DNA of 64,000 nt from Candidatus Marinacidobacterium sp. (lineage in GTDB: Bacteria > Acidobacteriota > Vicinamibacteria > Marinacidobacterales > Marinacidobacteraceae): positions 3,872,001-3,936,000 of the forward strand of contig OZ242011.1 of the NCBI GenBank assembly GCA_965204755.1. Direction: 5' to 3'. This document shows positions 28,849-39,667 of this stretch, one piece after another. Position 1 is the first letter of the stretch. Every line of letters begins with the position of its first letter. A program made the translations under genes and the position numbers. A model generated the notes under the pieces. The model was not told where the DNA came from. It made no database searches and saw nothing but the letters and a program-made list of their open reading frames with translations.

Positions 28849-30900
28849 TTAGCATGGATTCGGCGGTTTTCGCGCCCGATTCTCGGGTTTTCCGAGCGAT
28901 TCGGCCCCCGGTTCCGGTCGCGTGTCCGGCGCTTCGTCCGCTCCGGGCGCGGCGGGGACGGTCACGATCCGGGGGGTGAGGAAGATGAGCAGTTCCTCGT
29001 CGCGCTCCGTCCGCTCCACCGAGCGGAAGAGGTGCCCGAGCAGCGGAATCCGGGAGAGGCCCGGCACCCGGCGCTCCTCCTTCGACTCGCGGGTCGCGTA
29101 CACCCCGCCGAGGACCGCCGTCGAGGCGTCGTCCACCCGGATGCGGGTGGCCGCCTGCTGGGTGACGATGCTGGGGATGCCGCCGACCGCCTGGCCGAAG
29201 TCGAGTTGGTCGTTGTGGATGGCGAGGTCGAGCAGCACCGTGCCGTCCCGGCTGATCCAGGGCGTGACCGTCAACTCGAGCACCGCTTCCTGGAACTGCA
29301 CGGTCACCGTGTTGTTCGCCACCACCTGCACCGGGAAGGTCACGCCCTGCTTGATGGTGGCCGGCCGGGCGTTTTGGGCAGCGATCCGGGGAGCGGACAG
29401 GATCCGGACCTCGCCGGCGCGCTCGGCGGCGGTCAGGGCGAGGTCGAGGTGGGCGTCCCCGCCGAGCGCGCCGAGTGCGATGCCGAGCGCCCCGGTCGCG
29501 GCCCCGCTGATCGGGAGGTTCACCCCGTAGCCGGGCCGGTCGCCCCCGGCGCCCGCCGGCGGCGAGAGGCCCCCTCCGCCGGCGGCGTCGAAGTTGCCGC
29601 TCCCTTCCGCGCCGATCCCGTCCGCCCCGATGTGGATCGAGGAGGGGACGGCCTTTCCGGTCTCGGCCTGGAATCCCGCCCCCCACTGGATCCCCAACTG
29701 CCGGGCCAGCGTCCGGGTCGCCAGGACGATGCGGGCCTCGATCTCGATGCCGGGAACCGGGATGTCCAGCGCGCCCAGGACCTCGGCGATCTCCTCGATC
29801 CGGGGACGGACATCGCTCACGATCACCGTCCCGGTGCGGGGGTCGGCGATGATCCGGCCCCGCTCCGAAAGGCGGGTCTCGAGCGCTTCGCGCACCTCCT
29901 CCGGCCGGGCGTACGCCAGTCGGCGGCGCAGGGTCACCCGCTCCCCGGCGAGGGACCGGGCTTCTTCCTGGCGGCGGCGCTCGACCTGCTCCTCGACCAG
30001 GTCCGCGAGCGACCCCACCCGCAGGACGCCCCCTTCGAGCAGGTAGTCGAGCCCCCGCGAGCGCAGGATCACCTCGAGCGCCTGGTCCCAGGGAGTCTCG
30101 GTGAGCCGTAGGGACACCCGACCGGCGACCCCCGGCTGGAGCACGAAGTCGAGGCCGCTCACCTCGCTGAGCATCCGGAGGACATCCCGGAGGTCGGCGT
30201 CCCGGAAGTCGAGGGTCACCGGCGCCCCCCGGAACGGCGGCCCGTACCCCGGGGTCGTCCCTTCGCCGCCCTCCCCCGGCGGCGCGCCGGGCCCGGTTCC
30301 CGGCGGAGGGCCTCCGGCGTCTTCCGGGATCGGCTCGGCGGAAGGATCGGCTCCGGGGGTCGGGGGGCCGCAGCCGATCTCGACCCCGTCGGCGGCCCGG
30401 GAGAGGTCGCAGACCGCCCCGTCAGCCAAGTCGAGCGCGAGCAGCCAACCGCCGGCCGGCCCCTCCCGGACTTCCACCCCGGTCACCTCCGGGGCGCCGG
30501 GGTCGAAGCGGCCCGCCAGGGCGCCGAGTTCGGCCTCCGGAAGGGCGACCAGGAGCCTCCCGGCGACCCGGCGAAAGGACACCGGGCCGATCTCCGCCCC
30601 GCCGGAGAGCCGCACCGAGGTGCGTCCGTTTCCCGCCACCACTTCCAGGGCCGGCGGGGACTCCCCGCCGGCCGACTCTCCCGGTCGTTCCCCGGGATCC
30701 GCCGCTTCCTGGCCACTCTCCACCTCCCCTGCCCCCGGTTGACCGCCGCCCCCGCCGGCAACGGGACCGCCCGCTTCGGGCCGGCCACCCGCGATGCCCG
30801 CCGTCGGCGCCGCCGGCGCGGGCAGCAGGGCGCCGAACGCCGCGCAGAGGAGCGCCGCCGCGGCGGAGGCGGGAGGCCTGCGAGGAGACGGCCGGCTCAC
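28849..30900 (-). CDS. pilQ: Type IV pilus secretin
   Basis: TLDFRDADLRDVL, PWDQALEVIL, IEARIV, LELTVTP, VPGLSRIPLLG, ELLIFLTPRI. Confidence 0.92.
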   Translation of the reverse strand: MSRPSPRRPPASAAAALLCAAFGALLPAPAAPTAGIAGGRPEAGGPVAGGGGGQPGAGEVESGQEAADPGERPGESAGGESPPALEVVAGNGRTSVRLSGGAEIGPVSFRRVAGRLLVALPEAELGALAGRFDPGAPEVTGVEVREGPAGGWLLALDLADGAVCDLSRAADGVEIGCGPPTPGADPSAEPIPEDAGGPPPGTGPGAPPGEGGEGTTPGYGPPFRGAPVTLDFRDADLRDVLRMLSEVSGLDFVLQPGVAGRVSLRLTETPWDQALEVILRSRGLDYLLEGGVLRVGSLADLVEEQVERRRQEEARSLAGERVTLRRRLAYARPEEVREALETRLSERGRIIADPRTGTVIVSDVRPRIEEIAEVLGALDIPVPGIEIEARIVLATRTLARQLGIQWGAGFQAETGKAVPSSIHIGADGIGAEGSGNFDAAGGGGLSPPAGAGGDRPGYGVNLPISGAATGALGIALGALGGDAHLDLALTAAERAGEVRILSAPRIAAQNARPATIKQGVTFPVQVVANNTVTVQFQEAVLELTVTPWISRDGTVLLDLAIHNDQLDFGQAVGGIPSIVTQQAATRIRVDDASTAVLGGVYATRESKEERRVPGLSRIPLLGHLFRSVERTERDEELLIFLTPRIVTVPAAPGADEAPDTRPEPGAESLGKPENRARKPPNPC

Positions 30901-31415
30901 GGGGTGTCCGGCCGCGGATCGGGCGGCGAGTCCGGCGGCCCTGTCGAGAGCGGGCGGAAGATCTCGTTCCCCGGCCGGCGGTTCCCCCGGAACACCGCGC
31001 CGTCCTTCTCCACCCGAAGCAGGACGCCGTCCAGCAACTTCGCCCCCGGGGACGCGACGAAACCGCGTCCGTCCGGCGCTTCCAGGATCACGGAGTCGCG
31101 GCGGCCCGGACGATCCGGCGCCTCGGAGCCCTCGGCGGAGCCCGACCGCCGGAGGATTCCCCGGACCGAGGCTTCCACGATCCGCAGGCCCGCCAGCCCC
31201 GGCGGCCGCTCCTCGGGCCCGGCCCGCTCCGGCGGTCGGAACGGATCCCGCCCCTCGGCCGGCTGCCGGCCGGGAGCGGGGGACTCACCGGCGGTCGCCG
31301 GCGGGAGGGCGGCGGCGGAGAGGCCCGCGGCGAAAACGGCGGCCCGGAGGAGGGAATGGAGGAGCAGCGGTTTCCCGAGGCGCGAGAGAGGTCGCAGAGC
31401 CTCTCGGAGCCTCAC
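30897..31415 (-). CDS. pilP: PilP-like protein
   Basis: GRDPF motif, position between pilO and pilQ. Confidence 0.6.
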   Translation of the reverse strand: MRLREALRPLSRLGKPLLLHSLLRAAVFAAGLSAAALPPATAGESPAPGRQPAEGRDPFRPPERAGPEERPPGLAGLRIVEASVRGILRRSGSAEGSEAPDRPGRRDSVILEAPDGRGFVASPGAKLLDGVLLRVEKDGAVFRGNRRPGNEIFRPLSTGPPDSPPDPRPDTP

Positions 31416-32020
31416 GGCGCGGCCCCGGGGACATCGGCGTCGAAGGGTTCGTCGAGGGAGAGGACCGAAATCCGGATCCGCCCCCGGAGCCGGCCCTCCC
31501 CCGCTCCGGAGTCCGCCAGTTCGAATTCCTCCGCGAGGACGAACCGCGGTATCTCGGCGACCCGTTCGAAGAACCCGACGAAGTCGAAGTAGGTTCCTTC
31601 TGCGTCCAGGACCCCGACCCGCGCGGTGTAACGGCCGACTTCCCGCTCGCCCTCGGGCGCGAACCGACGAACGGCCAGCCCCTCGTCGCCGGCGAGGCCG
31701 GGGAGCGTGTGGAGGAGTTCCTCCGCCTCCGAGGGCGCCGGCGCGAGCGTCCCGAGCCGCGCCAGCCGCCTCCGGCTCCGCTCGAGTTCACGGGCGACGG
31801 CCGCGGCGTCGTCCGGCGGCGCCGCCTCCGGGGCGCCCGACGCCGCGGCCTGCCGGTTCCGCTCGGCGATCTCCGCCGTGAGCCGGGCGCTTTCGTTCCG
31901 GACCGCCTCCAGCGCCTCCCGCCGTTCCGGGAAGAAGACGGCGCGGTAGCCGAACCAACCGAGCGCGGCCGCGGCGAGCAGGGGGAGGGCGCCGGCGGCG
32001 CGTCCGGACGAAGCGGGCAC
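31412..32020 (-). CDS. pilO: PilO alignment protein
   Basis: N-terminal TM plus coiled coil, GTYFDFVGFFERVAEIPR. Confidence 0.8.
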   Translation of the reverse strand: MPASSGRAAGALPLLAAAALGWFGYRAVFFPERREALEAVRNESARLTAEIAERNRQAAASGAPEAAPPDDAAAVARELERSRRRLARLGTLAPAPSEAEELLHTLPGLAGDEGLAVRRFAPEGEREVGRYTARVGVLDAEGTYFDFVGFFERVAEIPRFVLAEEFELADSGAGEGRLRGRIRISVLSLDEPFDADVPGAAP

Positions 32021-32032
32021 GGGAGGCGGCGG

Positions 32033-32647
32033 TCACGAACCGACGCGTCGCGCGTCCGGCGTCGAATCGGCGGCGGGAGCGTCCTCCGGCGCGGCGGTTT
32101 CGTAGCGGATCTCCCCCGCCACCGCGAACCGCTGTCCGGCCTCCGCCTCCTCGGCCCGCTCCACCCACAGCAACTCCAGCGTTTCGATGCGTTCGGCCCG
32201 GGACAGTTCCTCGGTCCCCGCGGAGAGCGCGTCGCCGGCGCTCACCCGGCCGGTGATCCACACCTGGCCGTTCGCCCGGCGGAGTTCCTCGAACACCACT
32301 TCGTCGGTCACCCGGAGGGCGAGACCCCGCAGCAGCGCCGCCGGGGCGGCGCGCTCCTCGTCCCAACGCAGCAGCCGCCGCTCCCGGGCGTGGAGGGCGC
32401 GGAGCGTCTCCCGATCGGACTCCAGCGTCCGGGCGGCCCGCTGCAACTCCTCGAGGCTCGCCGTCAGCGCCGTCCGGTCGGCTTCGGCGGCGGCGGCCCG
32501 TTTCGCCAGGACGCGCCCCTCCATCGCGAGCGCCGCGGCGACGGCGGCCAGCAGCGCGCCGGCGCCCAGCGCGGCGGCGCGGGAGGGGCGGCCGAGCCGG
32601 CGCGCCGCCGGACGGCCGCTCCGTTCGTCCGAGGGAACGAGATTCAC
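32033..32647 (-). CDS. pilN: PilN alignment protein
   Basis: N-terminal NLVP (INLLP-like), TM, coiled coil, position after pilM. Confidence 0.72.
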   Translation of the reverse strand: MNLVPSDERSGRPAARRLGRPSRAAALGAGALLAAVAAALAMEGRVLAKRAAAAEADRTALTASLEELQRAARTLESDRETLRALHARERRLLRWDEERAAPAALLRGLALRVTDEVVFEELRRANGQVWITGRVSAGDALSAGTEELSRAERIETLELLWVERAEEAEAGQRFAVAGEIRYETAAPEDAPAADSTPDARRVGS

Positions 32648-32717
32648 GCGGCGAGGCTCGCTTCGCTCCGCGCGGTCCGACCGGTGCGGGAGTCCGATTC
32701 CCCGGCGGCGCCGGAGA

Positions 32718-33893
32718 TCACCGGCGCCGGCGCCGGGCCGGGGCGGCGGAGTCGAGGAGCCGGAGGAGGGCGAGGCCGGCGGCGAGTGAGTACTCCGGGC
32801 CGGCCGCTTCGGGAGAGAGGAGGGCGAGGGGTTCGAGCGGCGCGGGCGGCCCGTCGGCGAACTCGGCGAGCGGCTCGCCGATCCCCTCCTTCCGCGCGTC
32901 GGCGCCGGTGAGCCGGATCACGGCCGGGGGCTTTCGCTCCCCGTCCCGCAGCGCTTCCCGGATCGCGCCGGCGACGGCGTGTCCCAGACCGGCGCCCTCG
33001 GAATCCGCCGTCCGGCGGGCGCCCCCGCGGCCCGACCGGCGCTTCGGGCCGCCCGGGGTTCCCTCCCACGAGACCTGCGCGCTGGCCAGCAACTCCCCGG
33101 GGTCCTCCTCCGCCTCGAGAGCCTCCGGGAACCGTTCCGGACGGGCGCCGGGCGGCGCCGGCCGGGGCGCCCGTTCGAACAGGTGGACCGCGGCCCGCGA
33201 CGAACCGATCTCCACCAGGAGCAGCGGCCCGCCCGACGGCCCGCGCCCGTTCGTCCAGCCGGAAGAAGCGCCCGGCGAAACGCCGGAGAGGGCGGCCTCC
33301 AACCGGAGCGCCGCGAACAGGGCGTAGGGCTCGATCTCGATGCGGGCCGCCTCGCGGTTCGCGACCCGCAGGGCCTCGCGATGGGCGCGAACCGTGTCCC
33401 GGGGCGCGGCGGCGAACACCACCGGGGACTCGGCGGCCGGCGGAGCCCCGACCGGCGGAGCCCCGACCGGCGGCGAGGCGGGCTGGTAGTCGAACTCCAT
33501 GTCCTCGATGTGGAACGGGAGGTGGCGGGCGGCTTCCCGCGCGACCGCCTCCCGGAGCGAGTCCGCCCCCTCTCCTCCCGCGTTGCCCGGCGCCGCCGCC
33601 GGAACGCCGCCGAAGCGCCGGACGAAAACCGAGGGGCCGCCCAGGGAGAGCGCCGCCAGGCGGCCGCGGACATCGATCCGCTCGAGCAGCCGGGAGAGCG
33701 CGGCGCCGGCCTGCTCCGGGTCGCGGACGACGCCGGCGGCGACCGCGCCGCCCGGAACCGGCTCCCGCCCGACGCCGAGCAGCGACAGGCCGTGGCGGTC
33801 GTGGCCGAGCGCCGCCGCCTTGACCGAAGTGGCCCCGAAGTCCACCCCGAGGCCGGGCTCGGTACGGCCGAAGGGGAGACGAAGGCGCGCCAC
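32718..33893 (-). CDS. pilM: PilM actin-like protein
   Basis: LGVDFGATSVK, EAARHLPFHIEDMEFDY, C-terminal AAGLAL. Confidence 0.85.
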   Translation of the reverse strand: MARLRLPFGRTEPGLGVDFGATSVKAAALGHDRHGLSLLGVGREPVPGGAVAAGVVRDPEQAGAALSRLLERIDVRGRLAALSLGGPSVFVRRFGGVPAAAPGNAGGEGADSLREAVAREAARHLPFHIEDMEFDYQPASPPVGAPPVGAPPAAESPVVFAAAPRDTVRAHREALRVANREAARIEIEPYALFAALRLEAALSGVSPGASSGWTNGRGPSGGPLLLVEIGSSRAAVHLFERAPRPAPPGARPERFPEALEAEEDPGELLASAQVSWEGTPGGPKRRSGRGGARRTADSEGAGLGHAVAGAIREALRDGERKPPAVIRLTGADARKEGIGEPLAEFADGPPAPLEPLALLSPEAAGPEYSLAAGLALLRLLDSAAPARRRRR

Positions 33894-33899
33894 GACCGG

Positions 33900-33981
33900 G
33901 AGAACGGAAACCGGACCGATTCCCGTGCGCCGGTCGGCGCGGAACGCAAAACCCTGTCAGGATCCCTTCGAGGCGTTACCT
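33900..33981 (-). promoter_or_regulatory. Four-box pil upstream motif, copy 3 (before pilM)
   Basis: Coding strand GTAACG-N15-GACAGG-N6-CGTTC-N34-CCGTTCTC, ending 6 nt before the pilM GTG. Confidence 0.7.
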
Positions 33982-34045
33982 CCCCGGCCGCGGAAGCCCA
34001 AGCGACCGAAGGCGCCGAGGACTACGCCGCCCTCGGCATCGCGCT

Positions 34046-35290
34046 TCAGTGTTGCGCAACCCCGCAGCGCAATGGACGATCCTCCGGCGGAATCCGGATG
34101 CTGGCGCGGAAACCCGGTCGGGAGGCCGCTCCGCCGGGCGCCGGCTCCCACCAGGGAACCCGCCCGGTGTCCGCGAGGTCGAGGCAGTCGGCCCGGCCGT
34201 GGCCGAAGTAGTCGTCGCGGCCGGCGTCGATGACCGCCTGGTCGCGGGTGCCCCGGTCCACCCCGGCGAACATCACATCCGTGGGGTCGTCGACCACATG
34301 CGCTCCGTTCCCCGCGTTCCGGGCGCAGTCGGGAACCGCCCCGAAGGCGTGGAAGAGTTCGTGGACCATCACCGCCTCGTAGGTGGAGGCTTCGTCGGGC
34401 GACATGCCGGGCCGGCTGTTGCTGCAGCCCTCCCGGTGGACATAGACCGCCCCGCCCCGCCCCCCCAGGGGCGCGCTCCCGCAGAGCGCGGTCACCCGTC
34501 CGCCGTAGTAGATCGCGTACATCCGGTCCGGGTCGTAGCCGAGGGCCGCGTCGGCCTCCTCGATGAGGCGGTGGACGAGGCTTCCCCCTACCCCGTCGCC
34601 CTCCTGGTTGGTGAACGGCATCCGCAGGAAGGTCACATCGAGTTCCCCCCCGAAGGTGTCGAGGCGCAACCGGTAGCCGAGTTGCTCGCGCAGGTAGTTC
34701 TGGATGGCCTCGAACGAAGTGGCGATGTCGCCGTAGCGGTCGAGGTTCTCGTCCTCCCCGTCGCTCGGCAGGGCGTACACCGCGTGGACCTGCGGGCCGG
34801 GAAAGTCGTCGGGCCGGTTTTCGGTGGACCGCGGGACCGGCTCGCTCACTTCGAGAGCCACGGAAGCGGAGACGGCTTCGAACGAGGCGGTGAGTTCCGC
34901 GTCGCCCGGCCCGGTGCCCGTGAGCGTGGCCCCGTCCTCCGAGACCGCGGCGACCTCCGGGGCCGAGGAGGCCCACTCCGCCGCGACCGTCCCGGTCGTG
35001 CCGTCGTCGTACTGGCCGTAGGCGACGACCGGCCCGACCTCCTGCCCCACCCGGAGGCGGGTGCGCGGGACGAACAGGTCCAGTCCGGTGAGTTGCCGCT
35101 GCCGCGCGGTCGGGGGCGCGGGAGTCGCGGGCGCGCCGCCCCCCTGCCCGCCGCCGCCGCAGCCGGCGGTCAGGAGCAGGGGAACCAGGACGGCGAGGCT
35201 CGCCGAAACCGGGAGGGCCGGCGCGGCCCGGCGCGCGAACCCGCGGACGACAGCAGAACGGGGCGAACGGGGCGATCGGGTCGAGGTCAT
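34046..35290 (-). CDS. Lipoprotein with Ig-like (Big_2) domain and zincin-like HExxH domain
   Basis: Lipobox LTAG|C, WASSAPEVAAVS, HELFHAFG...H..DD..DVM; start ATG 35290. Confidence 0.65.
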   Translation of the reverse strand: MTSTRSPRSPRSAVVRGFARRAAPALPVSASLAVLVPLLLTAGCGGGGQGGGAPATPAPPTARQRQLTGLDLFVPRTRLRVGQEVGPVVAYGQYDDGTTGTVAAEWASSAPEVAAVSEDGATLTGTGPGDAELTASFEAVSASVALEVSEPVPRSTENRPDDFPGPQVHAVYALPSDGEDENLDRYGDIATSFEAIQNYLREQLGYRLRLDTFGGELDVTFLRMPFTNQEGDGVGGSLVHRLIEEADAALGYDPDRMYAIYYGGRVTALCGSAPLGGRGGAVYVHREGCSNSRPGMSPDEASTYEAVMVHELFHAFGAVPDCARNAGNGAHVVDDPTDVMFAGVDRGTRDQAVIDAGRDDYFGHGRADCLDLADTGRVPWWEPAPGGAASRPGFRASIRIPPEDRPLRCGVAQH

Positions 35291-35346
35291 GGACGGTCTC
35301 GAATCCTTCGCGCCGGATCGTACCAATCCGCCGGAGACGGCGCGGC

Positions 35347-35925
35347 TCACCGGCCGCGCCGGAGTTCCGCGTACCGGAAGCAGGACACCAGGTGGTCGTT
35401 CACCAGCCCGACCGCCTGCAGGTAGGCGTAGAGCGTCGTGCTCCCGAGGAACCGGAAGCCGCGCGCCTTCAGGTCGGCGGCGAGGGCGTCGGAGACCTTC
35501 GAAGTGGCCGGGACTTCGCGGTCCTCGGTCCACCGGTTCCGGATCGGCGCCCCGCCCACGAATTCCAGCAGGAACGCCGAGAAACTCCCGTATTCCCGCC
35601 GCACTTCCTCGAACCGGGCCGCGTTCCCCACGGCCGCTTCCACCTTGGCCCGGTTGCGGATGATCTCCGGGTTCCGGAGCAGGGCCTCGATCCGCTCCCG
35701 GTCGAATCGGGCGACGACCGCCGGATCGAACCCGGCGAAGGCCCGGCGGTAGCCCTCCCGGCGCTTCAGCACCGTCGCCCAACTCAGGCCGGCCTGCGCG
35801 GATTCGAGCACCAGGAACTCGAACAGGACGCGGTCGTCGCGGACGAGGACGCCCCACTCCTCGTCGTGGTAGCGCCGGTATTCCGGGGAACGCCCGACCG
35901 CCCAACCGCATCGTTTCTCCTTCAA
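35347..35925 (-). CDS. tag: DNA-3-methyladenine glycosylase I
   Basis: RCGW, YHDEEWG, LESAQAGLSW, IIRNRAK, NDHLVSC; TTGA overlap with leuD stop. Confidence 0.93.
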   Translation of the reverse strand: MKEKRCGWAVGRSPEYRRYHDEEWGVLVRDDRVLFEFLVLESAQAGLSWATVLKRREGYRRAFAGFDPAVVARFDRERIEALLRNPEIIRNRAKVEAAVGNAARFEEVRREYGSFSAFLLEFVGGAPIRNRWTEDREVPATSKVSDALAADLKARGFRFLGSTTLYAYLQAVGLVNDHLVSCFRYAELRRGR

Positions 35926-36536
35926 GCCCGTCCCCCCGCCGCTCGCCCGCTTCGGGTTTCGTAGCGCTCGACGGCGTCCGTCCGGTCGAGCAGGAACTCC
36001 AGCGGCGTCCGGCCCGTGAGCAGGCAGCGGCGCGCGAACGGGGCGAGACGGAACCGGGCCTCGCCCCCTCCCGGAAGGGTCACGGTCCCCGCTTCCACAT
36101 CCACCGCGACCCGGGCGCCCTCGGCGGCCGCCAGCCGGGCGTGGGCCTCCCCGGTGACTTCCACCGGGACGAGCCCGTTCCGGGCGGCGTTCTCCCGGAA
36201 GATGTCCGCGAGCGAGGGGCTGATCACGGCCCGGAACCCGGCCTCGAGCAGCGCCCAGGGCGCGTGCTCGCGCGAGGAGCCGCAGCCGAAGTTCGCCCCG
36301 GCCACCAGGATGGCGGCGCCGGCCGCTTCCGGCCGGTTCAGCGGGAACTCGGGGAGGAGCGAGCCCCCGGAGTCCCGGCGGAGGTCGTGGAAGAGCGCGG
36401 CCCCGAGACCCTCGCGGCCGGTGGCGGTCAGGAAGCGCGCCGGGACGATCTGGTCGGTGTCCACTTCGTTCGCCGGCAGGACGACCGTGGCGGACTCGAT
36501 GCGGACTCGTTTTTCCATGGAATTCGGCGCTCCCAT
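35922..36536 (-). CDS. leuD: 3-isopropylmalate dehydratase small subunit
   Basis: VDTDQIVPARFL, NFGCGSSREHAPWAL. Confidence 0.93.
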   Translation of the reverse strand: MGAPNSMEKRVRIESATVVLPANEVDTDQIVPARFLTATGREGLGAALFHDLRRDSGGSLLPEFPLNRPEAAGAAILVAGANFGCGSSREHAPWALLEAGFRAVISPSLADIFRENAARNGLVPVEVTGEAHARLAAAEGARVAVDVEAGTVTLPGGGEARFRLAPFARRCLLTGRTPLEFLLDRTDAVERYETRSGRAAGGRA

Positions 36537-36542
36537 CGGGGC

Positions 36543-37952
<1,410 letters not shown>

Positions 37953-38006
37953 GGAATTCGAAGACCGGCGGGGCGGAGCGGCGCTTCCCGGAGGCCGGCC
38001 GGCCGC

Positions 38007-38582
38007 TCAGGGCGCCGGGGAGGCGCCCGCCCGGGCGCGGCGCACCCGGTCGGCGTCCGCCTCGCTCTTCCGGCGGTATCTCCGCTCGGACTCCGAAGCG
38101 GCCGCGACCAGCACCAGCCCGGTCAGCGCGCCGACCCGGGGCACGGCGCCCCAGTTGCCCTCCGGGTCGATCTCGGAGAGGCGCTCGGCCAGCCGCGCGG
38201 GATCCATTTCGCGGCGAACGGCTTCGAGATCCTCGTCGGCGATCCCGGCGAGCGGCGAGCCGCCTTCCCCGAGGCCCAGCAGGCGGCTCCCGGCGCTCCC
38301 CAGCGCCCGCCGCTCCTCCTCGCTCAGCAGCGGCTCGCCGAGCCGGCGGGCGCGCGCGGTCTCCCGCTCGGCGACGAGGACGCCGGCGGCTTCCCGGAAC
38401 GCCTCGAGCGAGTGGCGCTCCGCGACCCTGGGGCCGAGGAGTTTCACGGCTTCGTCGGGCGTCTGTGCCTCGGCGAGACCCCGGAGCACCTTCAGCGGAC
38501 GCTTCTCCAGCGTCGTCCGCGCGTCCGTTTCCGCGGCGCGGGACGCCCTCCGGGCCGCGCCCTTCGTTCCCGCAGGAGTCAT
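38007..38582 (-). CDS. Hypothetical protein
   Basis: Fills the gap in a minus-strand gene run with plausible composition; no motif recognised. Confidence 0.5.
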   Translation of the reverse strand: MTPAGTKGAARRASRAAETDARTTLEKRPLKVLRGLAEAQTPDEAVKLLGPRVAERHSLEAFREAAGVLVAERETARARRLGEPLLSEEERRALGSAGSRLLGLGEGGSPLAGIADEDLEAVRREMDPARLAERLSEIDPEGNWGAVPRVGALTGLVLVAAASESERRYRRKSEADADRVRRARAGASPAP

Positions 38583-38677
38583 CTCGAGGGGGCGTCTCCC
38601 GGCGGGCTCGGCAAAGCGGGCGGGAGATTAGCCGACCCGCCGCGCGGGATCGGCCGGGCGGGGAAGCGCCGGGCGGG

Positions 38678-39667
38678 TCAGGTCCACAAGTCGCTCCAGC
38701 GGACGACGATCGGCTCGGGAGTGAACGAGAGGGCGAGAACCAGCGCGGCGGCGGCCGCCGACGCGACGCGGCTCGCCGGGAGCGGGGCTTCGTCGTCCAG
38801 CGTCGGCGGATGGGGGCGGCGCGCGCGGAGCAGCCAACAAAGAAGCGCCCAGGCAAGCCAGCCCGGTGACACGAGCGCCAACGCGAACATGGAGAAGTGG
38901 ACGGCGCGGGAGATGCGGAGCGCCCGGTCCCGCAGGAGCGCATAGAGCGCGTGGCCGCCGTCGAGTTGCCCCATCGGGAGCAGGTTGATCGCCGTGACCA
39001 GCAGCCCGAACCAGCCGGCCAGGGCGATCGGGCTGAGGAACAGGATCTCGCCCTCGGGCACGGTCGGCCCGAAGACCGAAGCGAAGAAGCGGAACAGCAG
39101 CGGCTCGCCGATCTCGATCCCGGCGGCGGCCGCCGGGCCGGGGCGCGAGCCCGCGACCCCGACCGCCAGGAGGGGCAGGCAGACCAGGAAGCCGGCGAAG
39201 GGGCCGGCGAGGCCGATGTCCGAGAGCGCCCGGCGGTGGGGGAACGGCGAGCGGATGCGGATGAACGCGCCGAAAGTCCCCGCCAGGTTGAACGGCATGG
39301 GGAGGAAGTAGGGGAGGCTGGCCTCGACCCGGTACGCGCGGGCGGTCAGCCAGTGCCCCATTTCGTGCGCCAGCAGGATCGCCAGCAGGGCGAAGGAGTA
39401 CGGAATCCCCTGCCCCAACCGATGGAGCGCGAGCGCGAGGGCGCTTGCGGGAGGCGCGCCTTCGGCGTAGGGCCCGGTCGGGTCGGCGGCGAGCGCGAGG
39501 CCGCCGCCCACCCAGAGCGTGGTGACGACGGTGGCGAGGAAGAGCGCCGCCGGGACGAGCCGGGCCCGGAGGCCGCCGGCGCCCGGCCCCTCCTCGTCCC
39601 CCGCGGGACGCGGCGCCGGCGGCGAACCGATCTCCGGCCGGCTCGCCGGGGCGCCGGGTTCCGTCAT
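38678..39667 (-). CDS. Site-2 protease, M50 family
   Basis: HEMGH, GTFGAFI, AGP, NLLPMGQLDGGH. Confidence 0.9.
   Translation of the reverse strand: MTEPGAPASRPEIGSPPAPRPAGDEEGPGAGGLRARLVPAALFLATVVTTLWVGGGLALAADPTGPYAEGAPPASALALALHRLGQGIPYSFALLAILLAHEMGHWLTARAYRVEASLPYFLPMPFNLAGTFGAFIRIRSPFPHRRALSDIGLAGPFAGFLVCLPLLAVGVAGSRPGPAAAAGIEIGEPLLFRFFASVFGPTVPEGEILFLSPIALAGWFGLLVTAINLLPMGQLDGGHALYALLRDRALRISRAVHFSMFALALVSPGWLAWALLCWLLRARRPHPPTLDDEAPLPASRVASAAAAALVLALSFTPEPIVVRWSDLWT

Noticed and set aside
33946-33960. Sigma-54-like TGACAGGGTTTTGC upstream of pilM
   Set aside because: Lacks the invariant GG at -24, and TTGC is not kept in the other two motif copies
33905-33981. c-di-GMP-I riboswitch-like words (GGAAAC...ACGCAAAAC) near pilM
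   Set aside because: Wrong strand for pilM, and no GAAA tetraloop/receptor or convincing P1/P2 pairing; better explained by the four-box motif
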